From an uncultured delta proteobacterium (GTDB taxonomy: Bacteria; Desulfobacterota; Zymogenia; Zymogenales; Zymogenaceae), in NCBI GenBank assembly GCA_963792965.1, contig CAWBYW010000016.1, positions 115,925 to 179,924 of the forward strand: a stretch of 64,000 nucleotides of DNA, written 5' to 3'. This document shows, one piece after another, positions 43,300 through 52,243 of the stretch. The position numbers and the translations under genes were made by a program. The notes below the pieces were generated by a model. That model was given only the letters and a program-made list of their open reading frames with translations, was not told the DNA's origin and made no database searches. Numbering within the stretch: the first letter of the stretch is position 1; each line of letters begins with the position of its first letter.

Positions 43300-43890
43300 C
43301 TATCGGCCGATGGGGCCCGCAAATGACTCGGGATCGGCCCCCGCCCGGAGGATCGTATTGTAGTACCTCAGCGTGACGATGTGAATCACCCGCTCGCGCA
43401 TAGTATCGGGGGTCGCCTTCATGAGAGCGGGGAGGTCCTTGTAGAAATCCTTCAGCGACTCGTTCACGTCGCTCTTCATCTCGGGCGTCGGCGCGCCGGC
43501 ACGACCGAGGCCCGGAGGTTCTTGTATTCGTCCCACTCGGCGTCAAGGATGACGTCCAGCGCGTCTCCCACGGCACCTGTGTCCGTCCCGCCGGGCTGGC
43601 TGTAGTCCGTACCCGACGGCGTCTCGGAGACCGTGGGAGGCACAAGCATCCTGGTCCCGGGCGGCGGCGATCATCTCCCACTCGTGGCGAGGGACGTCCG
43701 GATCTCGCTTTTGCGGCTTGGGATAGCCCGCCTTGATCTGATCGATCGCAAGGGTAACGTCGGCAAAGACCCCCCCGACCTTCGGACCCTTCTCTCCGGG
43801 CGCGGGCGCCTTTTTTTCGCAGGCCCACGAGAAGATCAAGAGAAACGAGAGGAGCCCAAGAATCGGCCAGAGCAGTCCCGGTCGGGCGCT
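43300..43890 (-). pseudogene. small lipoprotein-like hypothetical gene with two frameshifts and no canonical start
   Basis: Signal-like RKRRDGLSARPGLLWPILGLLSFLLIFSWAC. The frame begins directly after the upstream TGA. The body switches frames near 43620 and 43510 (...ARDQD / LVPPTVSETPSGTDYS...DEYKNLRASVVPA / TPEMKSDVNESLKDFYK...). Confidence 0.3.
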
Positions 43891-43911
43891 CAGTCCGTCC
43901 CGCCGTTTCCG

Positions 43912-44779
43912 TCAGGATCGGCCGAGCGCCGAGAGGATCTCGGCCAGCGCCCGATCCGAGCGATACGTATTGGTCTTGATGTTCCATCCCTTCTCCTTCA
44001 AACCGATTAAGAGCTGGGTAACCTCGGGCAGAAACGGCCTCACGCCGTCGAGCGCCGCCCGGTCGGAAAAGAGTTCTTCCGGGGTGCTGTCTAGTTTGAT
44101 CTTCCCCTTCTCGATAACGACGATCCGGTCGGCCACCCGGATGATTTCTTCCATGTCATGGGAGATGATGATGACGGTCTTGTTCTTGGCGTTGAGGGCC
44201 TTGATGTGCCGGATGGTCTCGGTCCTCGACTGGGGATCAAGTCCCTGGGTGGGCTCGTCGAATATGAGTATGGGAGGATCCATAGCGAGGATCGAGGCGA
44301 TGGCGACCTTGCGCTGCTCACCGCCGGAAAGGGTGAACGGCGAGCGCGTCCTGAGCCGGTCGATGTCAAGGTTGACGAGGCCTGCCGCATCACGACACTC
44401 GCCTTTCGACCTCCTCTTTCGAAAAACCCCCTCGGTTGACGAGGGAAAACGCGATCTCTTTCTCGACCGTCTCCTCAAAGAGCTGGTGCTCGGGATACTG
44501 AAAGACGAGCCCTACCATTTCCCGCAGCCTGCCGGTCTTCTTGGTGGCGGGCGTCAGGTCAAAATCACCGACGCGGACGCTCCCCTTCGCGGGCGTCAGC
44601 AGTCCGTTGAGGTGCAGCGCCAGCGTCGTCTTCCCCGAGCCGGTGCGCCCGATCAGCGCGACGAACTGGCCCTCCTCGATCGAGAGGTTCACCCCCGAGA
44701 GCGCCTCCTTTTCCAGCGGCGTATTGGGGAAAAAGACATGCGAGAGGTCTTTTATCTCGATGAGCGGTGCGGTCGTCAT
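43912..44779 (-). CDS. ABC ATPase of the EcfA/CbiO type, one frameshift near 44420
   Basis: N-terminal half (44390-44779) has Walker A GRTGSGKTTL. C-terminal half (43912-44478) has LSGGEQRKVAIASILAMDPPILIFDEPTQGLD. The two halves are in different frames. No EcfT partner gene is adjacent. Confidence 0.65.
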
Positions 44780-45033
44780 GAGACTTTGTAGACCATGTCG
44801 CCCGGCCGAACCCTGTCTTTGATCTTGATCCCCACGAGTGCGCCTGACGCGACCTCGGTTACCGGGGCGTTGTCGATCTGCATCGACTCCACCACTTCCG
44901 TGAAATCGGTCGTCGCACCCTTGAAGCGGAGCTCGTCCCCAACCTTGAGGGAGCCCTCGACCTTTATGGCGGCAACCGACGGCTTGGCAAAGAACTTGAT
45001 GACCTCTCCGATTTTTACCTCACTTGACATCAC
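44776..45033 (-). CDS. small (85 aa) EF-Tu/SelB domain II-like beta-barrel protein
   Basis: IGEVIKFF...VAAIKVEGSLKVGDELRFKG...ASGALVGIKIKDRVRPGDMVYKV resembles domain II of translational GTPases. ATGA overlap with the ATPase gene. Immediately downstream of selA, where selB normally sits. Confidence 0.5.
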   Translation of the reverse strand: MMSSEVKIGEVIKFFAKPSVAAIKVEGSLKVGDELRFKGATTDFTEVVESMQIDNAPVTEVASGALVGIKIKDRVRPGDMVYKVS

Positions 45034-45072
45034 ACTCCTCCTCCCGTGGTAGTCAGCATGATCTATCCTTAT

Positions 45073-46500
45073 TCATTCCCTTCTCATGGCCGACAGGATT
45101 CCGTTTGCGAGGTCCGTGACCTCCCTCTCCAGGACGGTTCGAGGATCGATGACGAGGCTCTCGTCCGAGATTCGTGCGATAATGGTCGGATGCTTGCGTC
45201 CTCAAGCGTCTCTCGAGCGCCTCGGGGCTCTCGGCCAGCGGAGCAATCGTTACCACCCTTGTCGGGATCTGTGCGGTGGGAAATGCCCCGCCGCCCACTC
45301 CCGAGAAGTCATCGGCGGTCGTGACGTGGAACTTCGGATGGGGCGTGGCCGCCAGCAGCTTCACGATCCTTTTGGCCCTTTTCTTCGTCTCGTCATAGGA
45401 CATCGTAATCATCGCCAGGACCGGGATCTTTTTTCGCGCATCAAACGGGTCCCGATAAATCATCAGGGTCGATTCGACGGCGGCAAGCGACAGCTTATCG
45501 ATCCTCACGGCCCGCGCCAGTGGGTTCTTTTTAATGCGGTCCGATCGGGTCCGCCTCCCCTACGATGAACCCCGCCTGGGCACCGCCCAACAGCTTATCG
45601 CCCGAAAAACGTAATGACATCGACGCCCGATTTAATCACTTCCGAGACGGTCGGCTCATGGGGGAGGCCCCAGGGCCCGAGATCCATGAGCGAGCCGCTG
45701 CCGAGGTCCTCCATGACCGGGATGTCATATTTTTTCCCGAGCCCGACGAGCTCGGCGGTCGACACTTCCTCGGTGAACCCGACGATCCGGTAATTGGAGG
45801 TGTGGACCTTGAGGAGGAGCGCGTCTGGCCGACCCGATGGCGCTCTCGTAGTCCGAAAGCCCTCGTCCGGTTCGTCGTGCCGACCTCTCTGAGGCGCGCG
45901 CCGCTCTTTTCCATGACATCCGGGATACTAAAAGCGCCGCCGATCTCCACCAGCTCTCCCCGTGAGACGATGACGTCCCTGCCGTCGGCAAGAGTATTGA
46001 GCGCAAGCAACACGGCCGCGGCGTTGTTGTTGACCGCAAGGCCCGCCTCCGCGGAGGTGATATGGGCGATCAGGTCGGAAACGTGGTCGTGGCGGGATCC
46101 CCGCTCTCCGCGCTCGACGTTGAATTCGAGATTGGAATAGCCCGAGGCGATGCGTACGATATGCTCGAGGGCCTCCGCGGCGAGGGGCGCGCGGCCGAGG
46201 TTTGTATGCAAGATAATCCCCGTGGCGTTGATGACGGGCGCAAGCTGACGGCGTGACCGATTTGATCAGCCACTGCTCGATGAGCGACAAGAGCTCCGGC
46301 TCCGAGACTTCGGCGGGATGCTCTTTGGACATGAGCTCTTTTCGCGCGGACAAAATGGCGCCTCTCACCGCCTCCTTTACCACCATCCTCGGAAAGCGCC
46401 TCGATAGTTCCGTGACCATGGGGTGAGCCAGCAGCTTATCCACCGCGGGGAGTTTGGCGAGAGGGGATTTTTGTGCCGGGTTTTCCGACTTTCTTGGCAT
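45073..46500 (-). pseudogene. selA: L-seryl-tRNA(Sec) selenium transferase (selenocysteine synthase) SelA, with at least 6 frameshifts as assembled
   Basis: Pieces match SelA along its whole length across frames. N-terminal [34 protein letters not shown]...[11 protein letters not shown]...[11 protein letters not shown]...[35 protein letters not shown]. Then [20 protein letters not shown]...ITF / [16 protein letters not shown] / RIDKLSLAAVESTLMIY. C-terminal PTIIARISDESLVIDPRTVLE...SAMRRE*. Breaks are near 46245, 45880, 45845, 45625, 45575 and 45185. Confidence 0.8.
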
Positions 46501-46787
46501 GGCGCCGCTCGAGATTTTTTCCATCTATACCATACTTTGACGGATTTCTCAAGGAAAATAAGGCTCTATGGGCGACGAACCTGACCCTCCCGCGCGGTTC
46601 TCAGTTCGGAAATGGAGATTTTGACCCTCAGGCGAGCGAAGGGCTCGGGGGGCCGAGCCCCGCCAAGACAAACGATTCCGCCGCTCATTATCTGACGGTA
46701 AAGGTAACTGAAGTCAGCTCCGCTCCACCCGAATCGGAGCCGTTCATGCGCAGGTCGTAGCTTCCGGGGGTCGTCGGGCCACAAGGC

Positions 46788-47792
46788 TTATAAATCCTCA
46801 ATTTCTTTAACCAGACTTCGGTCCAGCCGCGCCCCGTGGCTTGCCACCACCTGGGCGGAGATGTAGGCCGCGATCCTGCCGGCCCTCTCCATGTCTATTC
46901 CGTGCGTGACCCCGTAGAGGATTCCCGCCGCGTAGGCGTCCCCCGCCCCGTTGGTGTTGACGACCCGGACGGGGTAAATCGGCACCCTGATGACACGGTC
47001 GTCGGCCTTGATGAGGCTTCCCCGCTGCCCGAGCTTGACGACGGCCAGATCGCACAGCTCGTATATCAGAGACAGCGCCTGTTCCTCGTCATCCTTTCCG
47101 GTGAACGCCCTGGCTTCAAGCTCATTGACGAAAATGATATCGGCGTATTCCTTGACAAGGTCGCGGATCGGCTCAAGGTTCCTTCCGATGAGGGCGGGGT
47201 CGGCAAGATCGATGGAGACCCGTCCCCCCGACTCATGCGCGATTTTCATCGCGTGGACGCAGGTCTCCCTCAACAGGGGGTCCTCCAGCTGGTACCCCTC
47301 AATATGAAGGGTCTTGCTCTCCCTGATGTCCTCATCAAGGATATCTTCCTTCCTGAAATGGATTGCCGCGCCCAGATGCGTGGCAAACGTCCGCTCGGAA
47401 TCCGGGGTAATGAAGGTGATAGCGTGGCCGGTGCCTGCGGACTTGTGCCTGGAGAGCTTGGATGCGACCCCGTCTACGATCGTCCTCTGCTCATAGACCG
47501 TCCCGTGGTAGTCGTCGCCGATCTTGCCGAGGAAGACGGCGCTCCCCCCGAGGGCGCTGACGCCGGCCAGGGTGTTGGCCGATGAGCCCCCCGGGGCGGT
47601 CTTTACCGTGTAGCTCTCCAGCATCTTGAGGATCTTGGTGCTCTGGGCTTCGTCTATCAGGTGCATCTCGCCCTTCTTCATATCGATCTCGGCCAGCACT
47701 CCCTCGTCCACCTCGACGATGAAATCCAACAGCGGGCTCCCGATTCCGCAGACATCGTATCGCTTCACCGAATGTTCCTCAGGCTTCATCAT
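46788..47792 (-). CDS. PfkB-family carbohydrate/nucleoside kinase (ribokinase or adenosine kinase-like)
   Basis: Intact 334 aa. N-terminal GSPLLD...GGSSANT and C-terminal NTNGAGDAYAAG motifs are typical of PfkB kinases. Confidence 0.8.
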   Translation of the reverse strand: MMKPEEHSVKRYDVCGIGSPLLDFIVEVDEGVLAEIDMKKGEMHLIDEAQSTKILKMLESYTVKTAPGGSSANTLAGVSALGGSAVFLGKIGDDYHGTVYEQRTIVDGVASKLSRHKSAGTGHAITFITPDSERTFATHLGAAIHFRKEDILDEDIRESKTLHIEGYQLEDPLLRETCVHAMKIAHESGGRVSIDLADPALIGRNLEPIRDLVKEYADIIFVNELEARAFTGKDDEEQALSLIYELCDLAVVKLGQRGSLIKADDRVIRVPIYPVRVVNTNGAGDAYAAGILYGVTHGIDMERAGRIAAYISAQVVASHGARLDRSLVKEIEDL

Positions 47793-47832
47793 CGCCCCAC
47801 CGATACTCTATTACTGTGCATTCCGTCACACT

Positions 47833-49409
47833 CTACCGTCCGAGCAGGAGGCGACCGATAATCGACCGGATCGTCTCGTCATCACGCCCGGTCGAGTCGA
47901 CGCCGAGGGAATCGGGCCTCTCCGATGCGTCGAGTGGCTCGCGGAGCAGCTTTTGCTTCAGGTAGACCTCAAAGGTCGCGTCCGACGCGTTTTTCTCCTT
48001 CATCCGCTTGGCAATCCTTCTCTTGACCACGTCGTCCGGGCACGTGACGGCAACTATAAGGAAACGCGCCCCGGTCTTTTCGGCGACGCTCTTTGCCTCC
48101 TGCCTCTCTTTGTGCTTGAGGAAGCATGCGTCCAGGATCACGGATCGGTTGGCCCCGAGCGCTTTTTCGGCGCGCGCATACAGGGTAGCGTAGGTTTTCC
48201 TGGTCATCGTGGTCGAGTAGATCCCGGATCCGAAACGGTCGTAGTGGTGAGCCAGAGGGCTTTGCCCCGCCAGCTCCTTTCTCACCTCGTCGGAGCGATA
48301 GACAATGCTGTCCATTTCGTCGGCAAGATCGTCGGCGATTCGGCTCTTGCCCGTCCCGGCAAGGCCGAACATGATGATCAAGAACGGGCGCGTCTCCCTC
48401 ACCGCATAGTGATGGGCAAGGTGAAAATAGCCCCGGGCCCGCCCGGCCGCCTCTTCTTTTTCTTCTGAGTCGATCTCCGCCTCTCCCAGCTCGAAGCTCA
48501 GCACCTTTCCCCGGGTAAAGGCGTGGTAGCAGGCGTAAAAGTCTATCAGCTCGCCGAGCCGTGTGTCCCCCGAGAGCCGCACATATTCTTCGACGAAGAA
48601 GCGCGGCAAGTCCCGGATACCTGAAGGAGTCCAGATCCATCTTGAGAAAGGCGATATCCTGGGCCACGTCCCCCATCCGGAATCGCTCGTTGAACTCGAT
48701 GCAGTCATAGATATAGATATCCTTTGTGGTGATGCAGATGTTTCTCGAGTGGAGGTCTCCGTGCCCCTCCCTGATAAACCCGCCCGCGACCCTCTCCTCC
48801 AAGAGGTCGGCCTTCTCCCTGAAGAAGCGCTCGGTATAGTCCTTGATCGTCTCAAAGTCGAGGGGCGGTATCGTCTTTGAGATATACTTTTTCGTCTGGT
48901 TGAAGTTCTCGTCGCAGTTGAGCCCGATCACAGGGATCGTCCCGTATCGGTTGACGTGCTGGCCCGTGCGCGCGGCGCGGTAAAACGGGACGAGGACCCC
49001 GACTATCCGCGCGATGTCGCCTCTCCCGACCTTCCCCGCGGCAAGCCCCACGTCCATCATCCCCCGCGCCGGGAGCCGCCTCATCACGACGGCGAAGTCT
49101 ATGACGGTGCCCGCGCCCTCTGACCGCGATGCGTGTCCCGTCATCCGTAATCGGCACCACGCCGAGATAGACATCGGGGCAGAGCCGCGCGTTGAGCGCG
49201 ACTTCCTGCTCGCAGTAGAACTTACGCTTTTCCAGCGTGGTGAAATCGAGGAATCCGAAGTCCACCGGCTTCTTGATCTTGTAGACGAGGTCGCCGGCGA
49301 TAAATACGACCGAGATATGGGTCTGGATGACCTCGGCCCGCTTGGGCCAGTGGGGAAAGCTCCCGGGCTTGCTGAGCGACTCGATGAGCGCCGTCAGGGG
49401 CATGGACAA
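47833..49409 (-). pseudogene. APH-like phosphotransferase domain fused to a P-loop NTPase/kinase domain, two frameshifts (near 49135 and 48615)
   Basis: N-lobe in ORF 48852-49409. Catalytic loop GHGDLHSRN and [11 protein letters not shown] in ORF 47969-49174. C-terminal P-loop GLAGTGKS in ORF 47833-48855. Confidence 0.55.
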
Positions 49410-49493
49410 CTCCGATAGGGGAAAATAGCAAGGGGGAAAGACGGCTTCCCCCCACGTAACTCAGTCACAGGAATGATTCGCGCGCGCCTCTCA

Positions 49494-50567
49494 TTACGAG
49501 AAGAGGTCGTCGAAAAATCTTTTCTTCGTCTTGATTTTCAACAGACTGAAAATGTCCCGCTGAATGTCCCGGATGCTCTTTCCGGCCTCAACCATGACGT
49601 CCTGTTTGCGCCACTCGTCGAGCCGAAACGGGTGGTCCGACAGGCCCGACAGGTCAAAGCCCTCATCGTGGGCCTTCTGTACGAATCCCTGCGGCAGCTC
49701 GTTGGGAAGCGTCACGTCGTTCATGATCGCCCACACCATCGTCCAGAGCCGCGCCGTGTTGAAATGGTTGTAGCCGCCGCCCCCGAGCGCGATCCATCGC
49801 TTTGCGTTCTGGCGCATCTTCGTTACGGCGTGGACGTAGCCCTGGGTGGTGAGGTTGAGGTTTGCCAGGGGGTCGGTCAGCATCATGTCGCAGCCCACCT
49901 GGCTGACCAGGACGTCCGGGGAGAACTTCTCGATGACCGGGACAAAAATATCGTCAAAGGCCCACATAAAGGTCCGGTCGTCGGTCCCGTAGCGGAGCGG
50001 AACGTTGAGGGAATACCCTTTCCCCTTGCCGGCGCCGATCTCCTCGGTAAAGCCCGTCCCGGGGAAGAGGGACTTGCCGCTCTCGTGAAACGAGAGGGTA
50101 AGGACCCTGTCGGTATCGTAGAAGGCGGCCTGCACGCCGTCGCCGTGGTGCGCGTCGATGTCGACGTACATCACCTTGAGCCGCTTCTTGACCAGGTACT
50201 GGATCGCGATGACGATATCGTTGACGAAACAGAATCCCGCGGCCCGATCCTTCATGGCGTGGTGCATACCGCCGGCCATGTTGAAGGCGGCCCAGGCCTT
50301 GCCTTCGGCCACCGTCCGCGCCGCCGTCATCGTGTTCCCGAGGACCATCAGGGAAAAATCGAGGATGCCGGGGAAGACCGGGTTATCTCCCGGGCCGATG
50401 TTATATTTCGCGTGCTCGGGCAGGTAGGTGCCGTCGTTTGCGCTCTTCAACGCCTCCATATAGCCCGCGTCATGGTAGGAGAGGGCCTCCTCGATCGGCG
50501 CCGCCGACGAAGAGAGATAGAGGGAATTTTCGAGCTTATCCAGCCCATATGCGCGGATCAGCTCCAT
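49494..50567 (-). CDS. AcuC/histone deacetylase-family (arginase-deacetylase superfamily) protein
   Basis: Deacetylase motifs (VDIDAHHGDG, FHESGKSLFPGTG, GGGGY). The in-frame sequence extends about 34 codons upstream (LAIFKRSKKTALIIPEGFEKFNYGPGHPLKWERVTYA) with no ATG, GTG or TTG. AGGAGG lies 6 nt before an ATT codon near 50665. Confidence 0.75.
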   Translation of the reverse strand: MELIRAYGLDKLENSLYLSSSAAPIEEALSYHDAGYMEALKSANDGTYLPEHAKYNIGPGDNPVFPGILDFSLMVLGNTMTAARTVAEGKAWAAFNMAGGMHHAMKDRAAGFCFVNDIVIAIQYLVKKRLKVMYVDIDAHHGDGVQAAFYDTDRVLTLSFHESGKSLFPGTGFTEEIGAGKGKGYSLNVPLRYGTDDRTFMWAFDDIFVPVIEKFSPDVLVSQVGCDMMLTDPLANLNLTTQGYVHAVTKMRQNAKRWIALGGGGYNHFNTARLWTMVWAIMNDVTLPNELPQGFVQKAHDEGFDLSGLSDHPFRLDEWRKQDVMVEAGKSIRDIQRDIFSLLKIKTKKRFFDDLFS

Positions 50568-50756
50568 CGCGTAGGTAACCCGCTCCCATTTGAGCGGATG
50601 TCCCGGCCCGTAGTTGAACTTCTCAAACCCCTCGGGGATGATCAGGGCGGTCTTTTTTGAGCGCTTGAAAATAGCTAACCTCCTGAAATCCTGCCTCCCA
50701 ATCAGCTGTATTGAGACCCACCGATATCGACGCGGCGACCTTAGCTTCGCTCAGTC

Positions 50757-52086
50757 CTACGGGGCGCCGAACGCCATGCTGGCGAAGGTGACGGTGGAAT
50801 CCGCGCTGTCCATCACCGTGCTGTCGTAGGAGAGGAGCCTCCCCTTCTTGTTTTCCAGCACCCTGAGCATCGTATAGATCGCCGGAAAGCCGCAGATCCT
50901 GCGTTTGTCGTCGTCCGACGCGATATGCTCGAGGAATCGATCCGCGTCTCCCGACGCGATCACCTCGATCATCTCATGGTCCCTTTCCCCGACGGTGGCC
51001 AGGTGCTCCCGCGTGGGGGGATGCTCGTCCCCGTATTTCACCCCGACGTGGGCAAAATCGACCGAGGCAATCAGCACGACCCTTCCCCGAAACGACGCCA
51101 CGGCCCCCTTGAGGGCGGCGATGAAATCCTCCACGACCGTCTTGACCGGCGCCAGCCGCTCCGAATAGAAGATCGAGTGGGGAAAGGAGGTGAGGATCGG
51201 CGCGATGGTAAACGGCGCATCGCCCAGCACGTACTTGAGAAAGACGGTCTGAAACTCGACGGTGTGCTCCGTGCGGTGGATCATCTCGCCGGTAAAGAGC
51301 CGGTCCCCGAAGCGCGCGCCCAGATCGTCCATGAACTCACGGTTCGTCCGGGCAACTCCGAACGGCGTCATGAAGTCCTTTTTCGTCCCGGCATAAAGCT
51401 GTTCGATCCCGGCGTGGCCGACGCCGAGCACCACGTAGAGGTCCGCCCTCGGCGCGCGCGCCAGCGCCGAGTAGGCGTGGGCGAAGCAGGTCCCCCGGAG
51501 GCGATGCTGATGTGGGGGGCAAGGAGCGCCGAAAGCCCGTCCCGGTCGGCGCCTGTACCATTGATCGGGTCCCCACGGCCGCCCCACCGTCGACCCCCGC
51601 GAAGTAGGAGGAGAACTCCTCTTTGAGCTTCTCAGGATCGGTCTGGTACCCGGCGCCCATATGGACCGCGGGACGGATCTGTGCGCGGAAAAAATCCCCC
51701 TCTATACGCCGCTTCTCTTTCAGGAACGATTCGCTCACCAGGAAATAGCTCTTGTCCAGCTCTTCGGCCACCTTCCTGATGTCTTCCAGGTCAAGGGTCG
51801 CGCCTGAATGCTTTTCTACTTCGGCCTGGATCTCCCGGAAGGTCTTGGTGCCGTCAAAAAATTGCATAACGGCCACGACCTCCCGGGGGACAAAGAGAAC
51901 CCGGTCCGTGTAAAGTAAGGGGTCCCTGAGCACGAGCCCCTCCTTGCCGCCGACGCTCATCGGGACGAACTCGACGTTTCTGAGCTTGGGATAGTCGTTA
52001 TCGGCCAAATCTGCACCTTTCTCGAATCGCGTGAGACCGCAAACTCGGAAAGTCCGGTTAAAGGGACTCTTTCTATTACGTATCAC
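50757..52086 (-). pseudogene. MEMO1-family (AmmeMemoRadiSam system protein B-like) protein with N-terminal extension, at least 2 frameshifts
   Basis: C-terminal ORF 50757-51587 carries MEMO-like motifs after a junk N-terminus. The alternate frame gives ...LAPHISIASGG / TCFAHAYSALARAPRADLYVVLGVGH (the PHAGY...AHAY context). N-terminal ORF 51337-52086 is real until ...FAGVDGGAAVG. Breaks are in G-runs near 51575 and 51490. Confidence 0.5.
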
Positions 52087-52243
52087 ACCACAAGGCTTTG
52101 GTCAAGCCCAAAACAGGCGCGTGCCCCGACACACCGCGAGCGCAGTGGCGCGCGATAGAGCGCCGGACCCGTGTCAACTCAATGTTATTGAAACCACGCC
52201 CATCATCTGATATGATGGCTCAGGTTTTTTTACAGGGTGTCTC

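Noticed and set aside
43277-43987. 236-aa minus-strand ORF
   Set aside because: It is an Arg/Pro-rich junk frame. It overlaps out of frame with the frameshifted small lipoprotein gene, whose real segments lie in the other two frames.
46560-46790. Possible tRNA-Sec (selC) next to selA, suggested by a CTTCAGT anticodon-loop-like heptamer on the minus strand (46708-46717) and a CGAATC T-loop-like hairpin at 46718-46742
   Set aside because: No cloverleaf can be built. The flanks of the CTTCAGT loop pair for only 1 bp. The T-loop-like hairpin has a 9-nt loop and no acceptor stem partner. There is no 8-bp acceptor stem or long variable arm.
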